The notes under the pieces were generated by a model. That model worked only from the letters and a program-made list of their open reading frames with translations, did not search any database and was not told the origin of the DNA. Positions 1 through 12,365 of a stretch of DNA of 64,000 nt are shown here, one piece after another. Numbering within the stretch: the stretch's first letter is position 1; each line of letters opens with the position of its first letter. The translations under genes and the position numbers were made by a program. This DNA is from Eledone cirrhosa (Eukaryota), in the NCBI GenBank assembly GCA_964016885.1, contig OZ024741.1, forward strand, positions 115,196,001 to 115,260,000, written 5' to 3'.

Positions 1-240
1 GGCGAAACGTACGTAGGTGGTGTTTTAAATAAACATGTTTTAATGGTCTATTCTCCGATTTCTTACTTTTCCACGTGCTTGCGCTCTGCCAACTCTCTAG
101 CTCACTAAATATTAACACTTCGAATATTTAATACTGCCGGCACTCACTAGTATCAAGCACCGTGGGCATACGCTACTTGGCAAATAACTATATGTATCAC
201 CTATCCTCCCCCTTTTTTTTCTCTCTCTCGATACGTAAAT
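1..240 (+). mobile_element. PLE-type terminal repeat tail; 3' half of a minimal hammerhead at the window edge
   Basis: GAAAC-GTAC-GTA at 4-15 (palindromic stem III plus GUA triplet), AATAAA at about 28-33, ends in (TA)n. The CUGANGA half would lie outside the window. Confidence 0.45.
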
Positions 241-241
241 A

Positions 242-518
<277 letters not shown>

Positions 519-539
519 ATATTTATATTTATATTTATA

Positions 540-825
540 TTTATATGTGTTAGATATAACTATAAATATGTAGGGTAGTACTAAGTATTAGCCGGTTACC
601 GGTATGATAAATTTTCAAGTGTTTTACAGAGCCGAGATACAAAGTGTTAAAACGATCAAATTTTCGTTTAGAACATTTATTAGCGGACAATTATTTCTTC
701 CTTCTGGAAGTCTGGAATCATCGAAGCATAAGGAATGTCGAAAACGTGTAACTAGAATCCTAGTCATTTAGAACATTTAAGGTACATAGTTGTTATTAGT
801 GTCAAAGGCATCGTGTGGAGATTCA
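540..825 (-). repeat. Dispersed HHR-bearing repeat; inverted homologue of 49482-49785
   Basis: Reverse complement aligns by eye to 49482-49785; the HHR core here is degenerate (TCGATGA...GAAAT-AATT-GTC). Confidence 0.8.
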
Positions 826-904
826 GCAGTTAAAAAGATGTTCCGCTTGAAATAACACAATTACAGGCAGCACTGGTTGGAAGTGTATGTAAAAGTAAAA
901 TTGA

Positions 905-1055
905 AAAGCACAAGCAAAATAATGACAAGCAAAAAAACATAGGGACAGAAGTTATAAGCAAGGACAATTGGTGTACAATGCAGGAGTAAATACAGTCATT
1001 GCTTGTAAATTATTTCCCTGTGTTTTTTTGCTTGTCATTTTTTTGCTTGTGCTTT
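905..1055. repeat. Short inverted repeat (about 40-bp arms)
   Basis: AAAGCACAAGCAAAATAATGACAAGCAAAAAAACATAGGGA versus TCCCTGTGTTTTTTTGCTTGTCATTTTTTTGCTTGTGCTTT. Confidence 0.75.
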
Positions 1056-1254
1056 AAGAGTGTCACTACGATAAGAGTGTCACTACGAATTCTTTAAGCA
1101 GTGATTATATCCCGGTGGTCTCGCTCCTATTATCTATAAATGGATTATATCTAATCTAGTGCCAAGTTAAGTAGTCCAAAGATTGCTATTATTACAAGTC
1201 CTGCAAACTCTTTGTGGACGACTAATTTATTGTGCACGGAGAGTGTCCAAGGAC

Positions 1255-1670
1255 TATGAGTTTGTTGAAAAAGAGCTTCTTGAGAAATACTCACTGAAGG
1301 TTGACTAAAAATGCTTACTCAGGGATATGGCACAGCACTGCAGAAACTGTACGCTTATCCACAGAATGACATGCATAGATATGTTGCTAAAAAGCTTCAA
1401 AGTGAGAGTAATATAGATAAGCAACTTCTATCGTGGAGCAACAGTAGGTATATTGGCTCTCACTTCGAAGGATATGCTTTTGCAATCCAGGAATAGGAAA
1501 TAACAACGACATACCTTATGTACAAACGAGATAGGAATGCATGTAAAACGCCTAGATATGACAATAGATGTCAACTGTGGAGGATGTTAACCACTTCATA
1601 GTCTGTTGTTTGAAGATGTCATTGTGATACTATCTACCTATGAGGTATGATGTAATGGTCAACACACTAG
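1255..1670 (+). pseudogene. Degenerate C-terminal fragment of an RLE-type (R4/Dong-like) non-LTR retrotransposon ORF
   Basis: SHFEGYAFAIQE*EITT..YDNRCQL resembles the region leading into the CCHC knuckle of RLE LINEs; contains stops and frameshifts. Confidence 0.6.
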
Positions 1671-2090
1671 AGAGGATGTCACTGAAGATAAAGGCGTTTT
1701 AAATCAGATTAGCATTTCATTATCGAATTAGAATTGACGATATAAAATAATGTTTCCCTAGATACTGAGTAGCTTGTACAAGACAAACTACCAAGAGCTT
1801 ATACACCTTGGTAGTTTATGTGGTTCCTCGAAAAGTTAGAAATAGTAGCCGAAGTCCTTCAATCCTTAAAAATGGAAGGACAATGTAGTGAAAGATATAT
1901 TAAAAGACAGACAGCGGCCAAGATTAGGGCATTGCCTTAAAAAGATTTAATAGATCATATCAAACACAGTACTTATTTCATTGGGTTTGGCAGAGTGTCT
2001 TGTAAACAGGCATGGACACGCAAACAAACACACATACACACATATCATGCATACACACACATATACCACACACACACTCACACACACACT

Positions 2091-2142
<52 letters not shown>

Positions 2143-2363
2143 AAGGGATGATAGAAACCCGACTATGGGTATATATATATGTATACACGCACATATATAT
2201 ATATATGTATATATATAAAATTATTTACATGTAGGAACACATACTTTTATTATAAATATATATATATATATATGTATATATGTATACATGCATATATATA
2301 TATAAAATAATTTTTTCCGATACCGCTCTGTCCGTCCCTTCAATCTTTTAATTTCTCACCCTT

Positions 2364-2400
2364 TCTTCCGGTGAAGGACTAGCGTCCGAAAAAGTTAAGA
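2364..2400 (+). ncRNA. Degenerate minimal hammerhead (family of 9888-9925)
   Basis: TCTT-CCGGTGA-AGGAC-TAGC-GTCC-GAAA; flanks homologous to 9870-9950. Confidence 0.45.
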
Positions 2401-2519
2401 CCCTCTTCCTGCTATTTCAAGAGTTAACTTAATATATTCCTTCCATATACTGTACCAATTGTGTTGTCATTTCTGTTTACCTTTTGCATTCACACACACA
2501 CACACACACAAACACATAT

Positions 2520-2670
2520 TACGCCGGCATTCTGGGCAGCTTCTATCAAACAAAAGCATTGTTCAATTCGAGGGTATAATATAAAACACTTGGTTAAGGT
2601 GCCACGGAGTGTTTTTCAACCCGGAACCATGTAATTGTGAAACAAACTACTTAAAATATTGCTATAGTTG
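2520..2670 (-). mobile_element. Degenerate tRNA-derived SINE fragment
   Basis: Minus strand has GGTTCCGGGTTGAAAAACACTCCGTGGCACCTT (B-box-like head plus body); resembles abundant cephalopod SINEs (from memory). Confidence 0.45.
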
Positions 2671-3711
2671 CGACGATGTGCAGAGAACAGAATACACTAG
2701 AATAACTAATTAATTATAAATCATAAAGAATAGCTAATGAAGAATTGCTATATTATTCAGTGAGAGCTGTATTTCCAATTTGTTTCTTGCAATTTTCAAT
2801 TATATAAAAAATTGTAATGAGTTTTTAAACCTTGAGACAGCTAATTGAATATTTTCTGAGATGGAAAATTGTATGCTATTAAGTAGTTAAATTTAGCTAT
2901 GATTCTGCAGGCTTTTTCTGGCATTTCTTGTAACATATATTTTCTAGGGAATTTGAAATTATATTTGCATTAATAATGTTTACAATAACATTATATTAAT
3001 TGATATTGAAGACATCAATGAAAATCAATCCTTGTCATCAGCAGATTCTAAAAAGAGGATAGTATACTCACTTTCATAGTTAACAAATGTATTTTATGGT
3101 TCATGGTTGTTATTGTTAACAAATGTATTTTATGGTTCATGGTTGTTATTGTTGCTGTTTAGTTGTAGATCAGTCCTTATTAGTCAGGACTATGATAAAA
3201 AATGTTTAAGCTATGGTTATGTAGTTTTATGAATATTTTAGCCTGTCTGTATCTATTACTAGACCATCAAATCAGTCATTCCCTTCTGTAAGTCGACGTA
3301 GATACTCCCATGCTGACTGTTTATCGTATTGGTTAATGGTACTATTGAAATGATCTTTTGATATTTTTTAGTTTTTTTCTGGATGTGTGCTAAACAATAG
3401 TTAGACCAAGGTTAGTCTGGTGATGTTAATCCATCATCTGATTAAATAGTCGCCAGCATTACGGCGATAACATACGTATGCAGGCTTATAAACTCTATTA
3501 ACATTTGTTCGTTTTGAGTGGTTTTATTTTTTACCGATTTTATGTCGTAAATATTTCTACAATTTTCTATACTAGAAGTATTTATGAATTGGATTGGTGA
3601 TTGCTAACATTGTATTCAGAAGATTGTAGCCCTTGACATCGACTTCGTCGTTATAATCATAACCATCCGCTCCGCCCATATATATATATATATATAATAT
3701 ATATATATAAT

Positions 3712-3742
<31 letters not shown>

Positions 3743-3899
3743 TCGTAAAAAGGAAAAGAAAATGCTGACAGATTTTTCCCAGTGAAAAATAGTTTAATTA
3801 GGAATAAGTATAAATTAGTAATAAGTATTAGTTAGTATTCAGTTTTAGTTTTAAGTTTTTACCGGTTGCGCATTTCTTATGCGTTTCAAAAATAATTTT

Positions 3900-4412
3900 G
3901 AGATAGAGTGCCCGTGATTTTTGCTCTAATCTGCTCAGATTTGGAAATTCTTCCTGTTTTATGGGAAAAAAGTGGCTTGGAAGGTATTAAAATTGGGTTG
4001 GTTGTTGAATGTCACGTGAATAAGCGCTATAAATTTCGCGCCAATTCGTATTGCAAAAATTCTTGTAGTCAAAACAATTTTGATTGGTCGGTAGAAGTCA
4101 CGTGAATGTTTAACTGATATTAGCGCGAACTGGTTTCGTGCCAAATGTAGGTTTGTAGAAGAGTGTCCTTTTCCGCTTGATTGAGTTGCAGTCATGTTGA
4201 GAGGTCAACAGTTCAGGTGTCTATTAAGACAAATATGTGTGTGTGTGTGAGTGTGTGTGTGTAGCAAAGTGGTTCATTGTTCTGATAATAGAAATGAATC
4301 GGTCAGTAGGAATGTGTGTGTACGTGCGTGTATGCGTGTGTGTGTGTGTGTGGGGGGGGCTTATTTTAACCTGATGAAACTTATTTTTCAGCTCTTGTCT
4401 TATACGGAGACG

Positions 4413-4463
<51 letters not shown>

Positions 4464-5195
4464 ATGGACCAGTATTTTTGTGGTACTGGTAAAAGTGGCG
4501 TACAGTATTCGATATTTTCAGTCATTTGCAAAAACGATTCTCTCAAAATAACATCAATAACATCACTAATAAAAGAGGTGAAATGATGTATAGTATTGTC
4601 ATAACAACAAGGCGTGTGTGAGTCCAGATTGTACGTACTGCAAGGGGAATCCATTAGGCCCTGCCGTATGGGATACTTGTGTACAAATATGTATGCACCC
4701 ACCAATGTGCAATACATGTGTGCGTATGTGTATGCGTGCGTGTCGGCACGTCTATATCTATAAACATCAAAAGGTATGCGAATTTGTGTATATTTGTGTT
4801 GCATCATAGAACATGTGTGTTTACGTATGTCATTGTGTTTATATGTGGATAGAAATGTATGTAAGATGTATGCTGATGTAGGTATGTATGTCAACGTATG
4901 TATGTTGTGGGGTCGTCTTAGGAAGAAGTGTGTAGACGGTGTTCGTATTTGTTAATAGAGTGAGATTCCTTGCTGATGCGCTGGGTGTGGGTGTCATTAT
5001 CGTTAAATTTGTAGAGGGGAAAGATTCTAAAGTTGGGATGATATTGGGCGGCACATGTATCAATGTGTTCACTCAGTGCTATTTTTTCTGTATTCCCGTA
5101 TTTTGATTTGGGATCTATGGACAGTCATGCGTTGGTGGAGGCTGTTTTTAGCCTGGTCTATGTATTGTTCTCGACAACCTGAGCAAGTTAATACG
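3900..5195 (-). mobile_element. PLE fragment: GIY-YIG C-terminus plus 3' UTR
   Basis: LTCSGCREQYIDQAKNSLHQRMTVHRSQI parallels IKCKGCNEDYIGQTKLTIRNRMTVHRQQL of ORF 23527-24216. 3950-4110 shares AAAAAGTGGCT and TAAATTTCGCGCCA with 22520-22610. Confidence 0.75.
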
Positions 5196-5201
5196 TATAT
5201 A

Positions 5202-5280
<79 letters not shown>

Positions 5281-5284
<4 letters not shown>

Positions 5285-6600
5285 TATAAAGTATGTCGAT
5301 AGAATCATTTGATAAGATATATACACCATTTCCTCTCCCAATCACCATAATCAACCACACAAAAAACCAATTAAACCAGGCTATAAGATTAAAAGCACCT
5401 ATGAAGAAATAATAGATAAATAAACGACAGCCATCTATTCGCGATCAACAGCTATAGAACATTTACCCAGCATTTGAATAGCACGTGGAAATCGATTAAA
5501 CATATCGTCAACCATACACAATTAGGTATAAAATTGAAGTTAGAAGAAGAAATGTATATACATATACCAGGTTTACGTTTCTACCCCTTGGGTTTCAGTC
5601 GCTTTTGGAAATATCCGATCAAGGATAAATTCTCGAACTTCGAAATCATCAGGAAAAAAACTCACTTGGACGAAGATTTTTCATAAATGATCCCCGCCAG
5701 AAACAAATTCAAAATGGCCGAGAACTGTGACGTGGCAGTGGTCAAGTCAGAAAGAATGTGATTGGTGCCTAACGGCGAGTGGGCTGGTTGCTAGAAAGCG
5801 TAGCCTAATATTGCCTAAATTGCATCTCAACCTTATGGGAGATTATCAAATATAAAGATTTACATATACACAAACTAGACAAAGTCATTGATATATATAT
5901 ATATATATATCATATATATATATATATGCTTTTGGCAACCATTCACGATGTGGCTCAATGATGAAATAATTAATTAAATAATCAGAGCAATATACTATAA
6001 AGTATGTCCATAGAATCATTTGATAAGATATATACACCATTTTCTATCCCAATCAGCATAATCAACCACACAAAAAATCAATAAAACCAGACTCTAAGAT
6101 TAAAAGGCACCTATGAAGAAATAATAGATAAATAAACGACAGCCATCTATTCGCGATCAACAGCTATAGAACATGTACCCAGCATTTGAATAGCACGTGG
6201 AAATCGATTAAACATATCGTCAACCATACACAATTAGGTATAAAATTGAAGTTAGAAGAAGAAATGTATATAAATATACCAGGTTTACGTTCTACCCCTT
6301 GGGTTTTAAGTCGCTTTTGGAAATATCCGATCAAGGATAAATTCTCGAGCTTAGAAATCATCAGGAAAAAAACTCACTAGGACGAAGATTTTTCTTAAAT
6401 GATCCCCGCCAGAAACGAATTCAAAATGGCTAAGAACTGTGACGTGGCAGTGGTCAAGTCAGAAAGAATGTGATTGGTGCCTAACGGCGAGTGGGCTGGT
6501 TGCTAGAAAGCGTAGCCTAATATTGCCTAAATTGCATCTCAACCTTATGGGAGATTATCGAATATAAATATTTACATATACACAAACTAGACAAAGTCAT

Positions 6601-6662
<62 letters not shown>

Positions 6663-7051
6663 TATATATATATATATATATGTATGCTTTTGGCAACCAT
6701 TCACGATGTAGCTCAATGATGAAATAATTAATTAAATAATCAGAGCAATATACTATAAAGTATGTCCATAGAATCATTTGATAAGATATATACACCATTT
6801 CCTATCCCAATCAGCATAATCAACCACACAAAAAATCAATGAAGCGAGACTCTAAGATTAAAAAGCACCTATGAAGAAATAATAGATAAATAAACGACAG
6901 CCATCTATTCGCGACCAACAGCTATAGAACATTTACCCAGCATTTCAATAGCACGTGGAAATCGATTAAATATATCGTCAACCATTCACAATTAGGTATA
7001 AAATTAAAGTTAGAAGAAAATAATGTATATAAACATACCAGGATTACGTTT
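5281..7051 (-). repeat. Non-coding tandem array, about 2.4 units of 710-760 bp, with a hammerhead per full unit (retrozyme/pLTR-like)
   Basis: Unit start ATACTATAAAGTATGTC recurs at about 5281, 5992 and 6750; flanked by (TA)n. Confidence 0.88.
5578..5656 (-). ncRNA. Type I hammerhead ribozyme candidate
   Basis: TTTC-CTGATGA-(long, weak stem II)-GAA-ACCC-AAG-GGGT-A-GAAA. The second copy at about 6290-6367 has a mutated GAAA. Confidence 0.6.
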
Positions 7052-7169
7052 ATATATATATATATTGTTTGATCAACAACACAACCTCATGATTGTAAGC
7101 TCAACGCTTAATAACTAAGCCACGCATACAGATATATATACACGTACACACACACACACACACACACAC

Positions 7170-7208
<39 letters not shown>

Positions 7209-7213
7209 GCGCG

Positions 7214-7339
<126 letters not shown>

Positions 7340-7880
7340 GAGAGTGTTGTCGGAAAAAAGGAAAAAACGGGAGGATATATCAAAAGCTATTAGAGCACTC
7401 AGTCCAAAGTACGAGTTAGTTCCAGAAAAATTAACAAACCATACTTCAAGACACATGTTTCACCTAAAAGGATTATTCAACTCGTCTATGCTTATAGCGA
7501 GAACGGAATTATTTATGAGCTGGTTGGTTTCTGTGCAGATGTCAGTATTTCATTGCGTGAATAGGAGAATGACTCGAGTAGGACTGTCATGAGAGAAGCA
7601 ACTTTTGAAGAACGATCCATGATGATAGTTCAGCGCGGGTTAATCTTCTGCTTATCCTGGATCCCTCTAGTTACACAATAACATTTCACAGCATTGGGAC
7701 AGCGATTAAAAAAATTGGCTTCGTGTTAAGGCAACCACTGTTACGTAATCTCTGCACGATATTCTTTATGTATGTATCATTAACAACAATTTTCTGAAGA
7801 GTATCTCGATGAAATCACAAATAAATAAGGTACTCGTGACATTAGTAGAGAAAATACATATTTATTTCATATAGGAATGA

Positions 7881-7926
7881 CTTCTACAAGACTAGAACTC
7901 TTTTATTCGCTTGAAATCATCAGGAA
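7881..7926 (-). ncRNA. Degenerate hammerhead (family of 54202-54293)
   Basis: TTC-CTGATGA-TTTCAAGCGAAT-AAAAGAG-TTCTAGTC-TTGTA-GAAG; GAAAC is mutated. Confidence 0.45.
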
Positions 7927-7971
7927 TATCACATAAAGTTGGTTAAGTTCCTGATATATATATATATATAT

Positions 7972-9368
7972 ATAACGAAGGAAATGTGGTAAGGAACCAG
8001 GTGGACCATAACGCACCAAAGTACTCAATACTTGAGGTAGTAGAGTGGGTAATGCATGTAAACATAGATTGCGTAGGACTTACCTCGCCCTCAAACCCCA
8101 TAATGACCCGGGGGGGGGGGGGGTAGACTAGGGCTATAACACCCCACTTGCCGATTTTGCAATGGGTAACCCCTGCTTGCCAAGGGAGACGTAAGATCTT
8201 CTTTGTATTCTTTTATCGCTTCCTTTATCTCCTTCCTTCCCCCCTCTCTCCTTAGTCCTTCTACCCCAGCTCTTCTCCTTTGTCGGCGTCTTTTCTCGCC
8301 CACCCGAGGCTGCCCTTTGGCCCCTTGTAGCCTTAGTACCCCCACCCGCACCCCTAGTCTAGGATAGATTTGGCGGACTCCGCCCTTTATAGCAGTTGGT
8401 TTAGACCCCGGATACTTGTCCCCTTTTTCCGACCGCTCCCACCTTTCTCCGTGCCCTCTATATTTCTTAGTGGCACTTATGCCTTATTTTTTCGTTTCAG
8501 TATTTCTTTCTTCGCTTTTCTTTTGGGCGGGGTGGATTCTGAATTTATTTTTCCGTATTCTACCTTTACTTCGTACGAACTTTCATGTAGCTTGTTTTAG
8601 ATCTTTTAGAGTTAGCATTAGTATATATTTTTCTCGGGACTCAGAATTATTATCTCGTATTAGTTCACTTTGCTGCACTGGGTGGTTGCTGGAATTGTGC
8701 CCGGGATGGAAACCTTTATTGTTTATTTCGTGGTAGTCTCTTTAGTATTTTGGCCCCTTTTGTTGACCCGTCACCGTATCATTTACGTACTTATACCTCT
8801 TAAAAGGGTCCTCGCCTTATTCCGTCCCACCTAGTTCTTTTACTTATTTCGTTATTTCTTTATTTCTTTCTTTACTTCTTTCTTTCTTTCTTTATTTATT
8901 TATTCTAGCCTCACAATAGCTAGAGACCTAGGTCGTAGAATTTAATTTACTTTACTTTTTTCTTTACACTCATTTGTTTTTCTTTACACTTATTTGCTTT
9001 TCTTCACTCTCAGTATTTTTTCTTTCCTATATTTCTACCCCCCATTGTTCTACCTACCGTTCCGACTTCCTCCCCCTCCCCCTCCCCTGTATCTTCTTTG
9101 ACCTCATGCCCAGCTGTAGCTGGCACTACAAACGCTTGATTGGGTCTACTCCACCCCTTCCCCTCTTTCTCCTACTGGCAGGTTTAGCTACCATCTCCCC
9201 TACTAATTTGCAACCACAGAATTACTACTGATTTTTGACAATCACTTTGACCATATATGGAATTACCCCTTGAGAAGATCGGCTATTTAAATACCAGGAT
9301 AAATTTTCATTTAGTCCAGAATTAGCCGTCGAAACGGCTTGAGCTCAGCTGTCGGGGTCTTACTGGTT

Positions 9369-9370
<2 letters not shown>
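7972..9370 (+). mobile_element. Naiad-like PLE family A: ORF end plus 3' UTR/pLTR, with a short inverted piece (7972-8052) at its 5' side
   Basis: Homologous to 37912-39330 (minus) and 40030-40895 (plus). Begins in ACKHRLRRTYLALKPHNDPGGG*; flanked by (TA)n. Confidence 0.85.
9265..9358 (+). ncRNA. Type I hammerhead with U3:A8 core variant
   Basis: ACCCC-TTGAGAA-GA(T)CGGCTA..TAGCCGTC-GAA-ACGGCT..AGCTGT-C-GGGGT. Confidence 0.75.
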
Positions 9371-9461
<91 letters not shown>

Positions 9462-9887
9462 GTATGTATATGTATATATGCATATAAATATATATTACTC
9501 TGAGGTAGAGAAAGCGGAAAAAAGAGGGAGGAGAAGGAAGTAGAAGAAAAAGAAGTAGAAAGAGAGGATGAAGTATAAGGAGTAGTGGAGGTGAATGTGG
9601 AGGAGAGGAAATAAGGTCTTTAACATTTTTGTTCGGTCGCTCTTTTGATACACACGTGCATACTAACATACATGTACATACATGCATCCACAATTATGCA
9701 TGCATACGTACATACATTCCCACATACATATATACACATTCGCACTTATATATATACGCACACACACCCACAAACACACACATACATACACACATATATA
9801 TATGAAAAATTACACACACACACAATTTTCACCCTTTTTTATCTTCTCTTTCTCTTGTATCTTTCGAGTTCTTTAATTTCTCATTCT

Positions 9888-9925
9888 GTCTTCTGATGAA
9901 GGACTATCATGCGAAACGTAAAGAC
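9888..9925 (+). ncRNA. Ultra-minimal type I hammerhead
   Basis: GTCTT-CTGATGA-AGGACTATCATGC-GAAAC-GTA-AAGAC; stem III is only ACGT and stem II is eroded. Confidence 0.6.
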
Positions 9926-9964
9926 TCTTTTCCTGCTATATTATACGTTAAAACTATATATATA

Positions 9965-10877
9965 CTAGACCACCCGTGACCCGTTGGGTCACGTTCGCTT
10001 AAAAATAATTTTTAGATAATTAAAATATACACAAACATTTATATAATGTAAAATGAAATTGGAAGGTCATTCTCACTTAAGAATATTTTTTAAATATGCC
10101 AAAACATATTTTTTTTATCGTATTCACTTGAAAAAAAAAATATATATTACAATGTTGCCTGTGTAAAGAAAACTAAAATATAAATACTTACTGTACGAAC
10201 AATTTGTATTTTCGAAATCACATTCACTTTAAAATATTTCTAAATAATTAAAATATTCTGTTTAACACACTCAAAAATATAAATATTTACGGTAAAAACA
10301 ACTCGTATTTTTCAGTCATATTCACTTAAAAATGTCTTTTTTTAAAAATAATTAAAATATCGTCTGTTTAAAAAAAGCTGAAATATAGACTCTTAAAGTA
10401 CAAACAAATTGTATTTTTGAAATCATATTCACTGACAAATCACTGAAAACATTTTTTTAAATGTATATTATAAATTCTATTCACTTAAAAATATTTTTTG
10501 AATAATGAAAATATTGTCTATGTCCGATTTACGCCAAACTTGTTTTATTCCGTTTGTATTCCCATTTCAGGGTTATTTTACTTTCGGAGTATTTTCCCAT
10601 TATGTGCCGTTTTGGCTATTTATGAAGGTTTTCAGGGTTAGGTTACTTTCGGAGTATTTTTCCATTGTGCATCGTTTTGGCTATTTATGAAGGTACCAGA
10701 AAAATCCCCATATCTCGGGACCCGTGGTCCGATTTACGCGAAACTCGTTTTATTCCATTTGTATTCCCATTTCAGAGGCAACTTCCTTTCAAAGTATTTT
10801 CCCATAATGCAACCTTTTGGGTGTATTACATTGCAGACAAGCATGCAAGGAATCACAGAGTTTTAGTATTATAGAGA
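9965..10877 (-). mobile_element. Non-autonomous Helitron
   Basis: Minus strand starts A|TCTCTATAATACTAAAA and ends with hairpin CGTGACCCAACGGGTCACG followed by CTAG|T; internal short tandem duplications. Confidence 0.8.
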
Positions 10878-10967
10878 TATACGTTTTTCTGTACTGTTTG
10901 CTTTGTTGTTTTCTGTTTACTTTTCACATATACATATGCATTCACATTCACACACACACACACACAC

Positions 10968-11033
<66 letters not shown>

Positions 11034-11523
11034 GGGAGAAAGAGAGGGACCGGGGGGGGGGAGATAATTAGCAGCAAGATAGAGTGCCAGGCAGACAGAG
11101 ATACAAAGCGAGAATCGGGTGCGTGGAAATGTTGATAGCATTAGATATATAAATAGATATAGGTTGTCTTATCACTCATGATATATTCGATCCAATTATA
11201 TATATTTCCTCCTATTGCTATTTCAAGTGCATTGACAACGTAATCCCAGATATATGGACAATTTCTGCGAATTATCATAAACGTATTGACTTTTGCATTG
11301 TCAGATATATTAACTTACATTATCAATGGAATAGCTTCTGATATTCTTCGGAATATGTCTTAAAATAGATTGCTTTGCTGTTTTCATAATATCAGCTTAT
11401 GTAATAGAAGGAAGTAGATAGTAATCTCATCCACATGTATCTACGATACGATTATATATATATATATATATATGATAATAAGGGCGCTGCGGAGTTGCAA
11501 ATGGGTTACATATGAAAAAAGTT

Positions 11524-11627
11524 TGTCCTTCATCAGTGATCTTCCAACTATCATAGGCATTTCATCGCTTTAAAGACCATATACCTCCGGTTGGTGCGAG
11601 CAACGGCTAAAAAAAGTCGTTGGGACA
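11524..11627 (-). ncRNA. Reverse-order (pseudoknotted) hammerhead candidate, family P1
   Basis: Reverse complement of the motif at 12366-12469. Confidence 0.65.
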
Positions 11628-12365
11628 CGTAAATAAAGAGGACACGAGGGTAAACAAACAAAATGGTGAAGCAACAGAAAGTGAGGAAGAAGGAGACAAG
11701 TCCCAGATTTCTATGAATTTAAGTTCTGTGAAATCGTGAACGAGAGAATAAAGACCATCAAACCTGGTTGAAATGTGAGCAAGGAAGGAATTTCGCACAG
11801 GTCTAACGGGAGGAAGAAGGGGTCTGGTCTGCGAATTCGGTAAACATAAGTTCTGTGAAATCGTAGACGAGAGAGAAAAAATTCCGACCAGCTTGGCCGA
11901 GAATGTGAGAGAAAAGAATTACTCACAGGTCAAACGGGAAGAAAGGGGAGGAGGAGGGGTAGTGACAGAGAATGAGTGAGTGAAGGGTGAGGAAGAGGCT
12001 AGCTAGAAAGGGTAAAGATACATAGAACGAAAAAGACGGTGTAGCAGCAGAGGAAAAAATATGTGTAAATATGATAATAAGGGCGCTGCGGAGTTGCAAA
12101 GCTGGTCGGAATTTTTTCTCTCTCGTCTACGATTTCACAGAACTTATGTTTATCAAATTCGCAGACCAGACCCCTTCTTCCTCCCGTTAGACCTGTGCGA
12201 AATTCCTTCCTTGCTCACATTTCAACCAGGTTTAATGGTCTTTATTCTCTCGTTCACGATTTCACCGAACTTAAATTTATAGAAATTTGGGACTTGTCTC
12301 CTTCTTCCTCACTTTCTGTTACTTCACCATTTTGTTTGTTTACCCTCGTGTCCCCTTTATTTACG

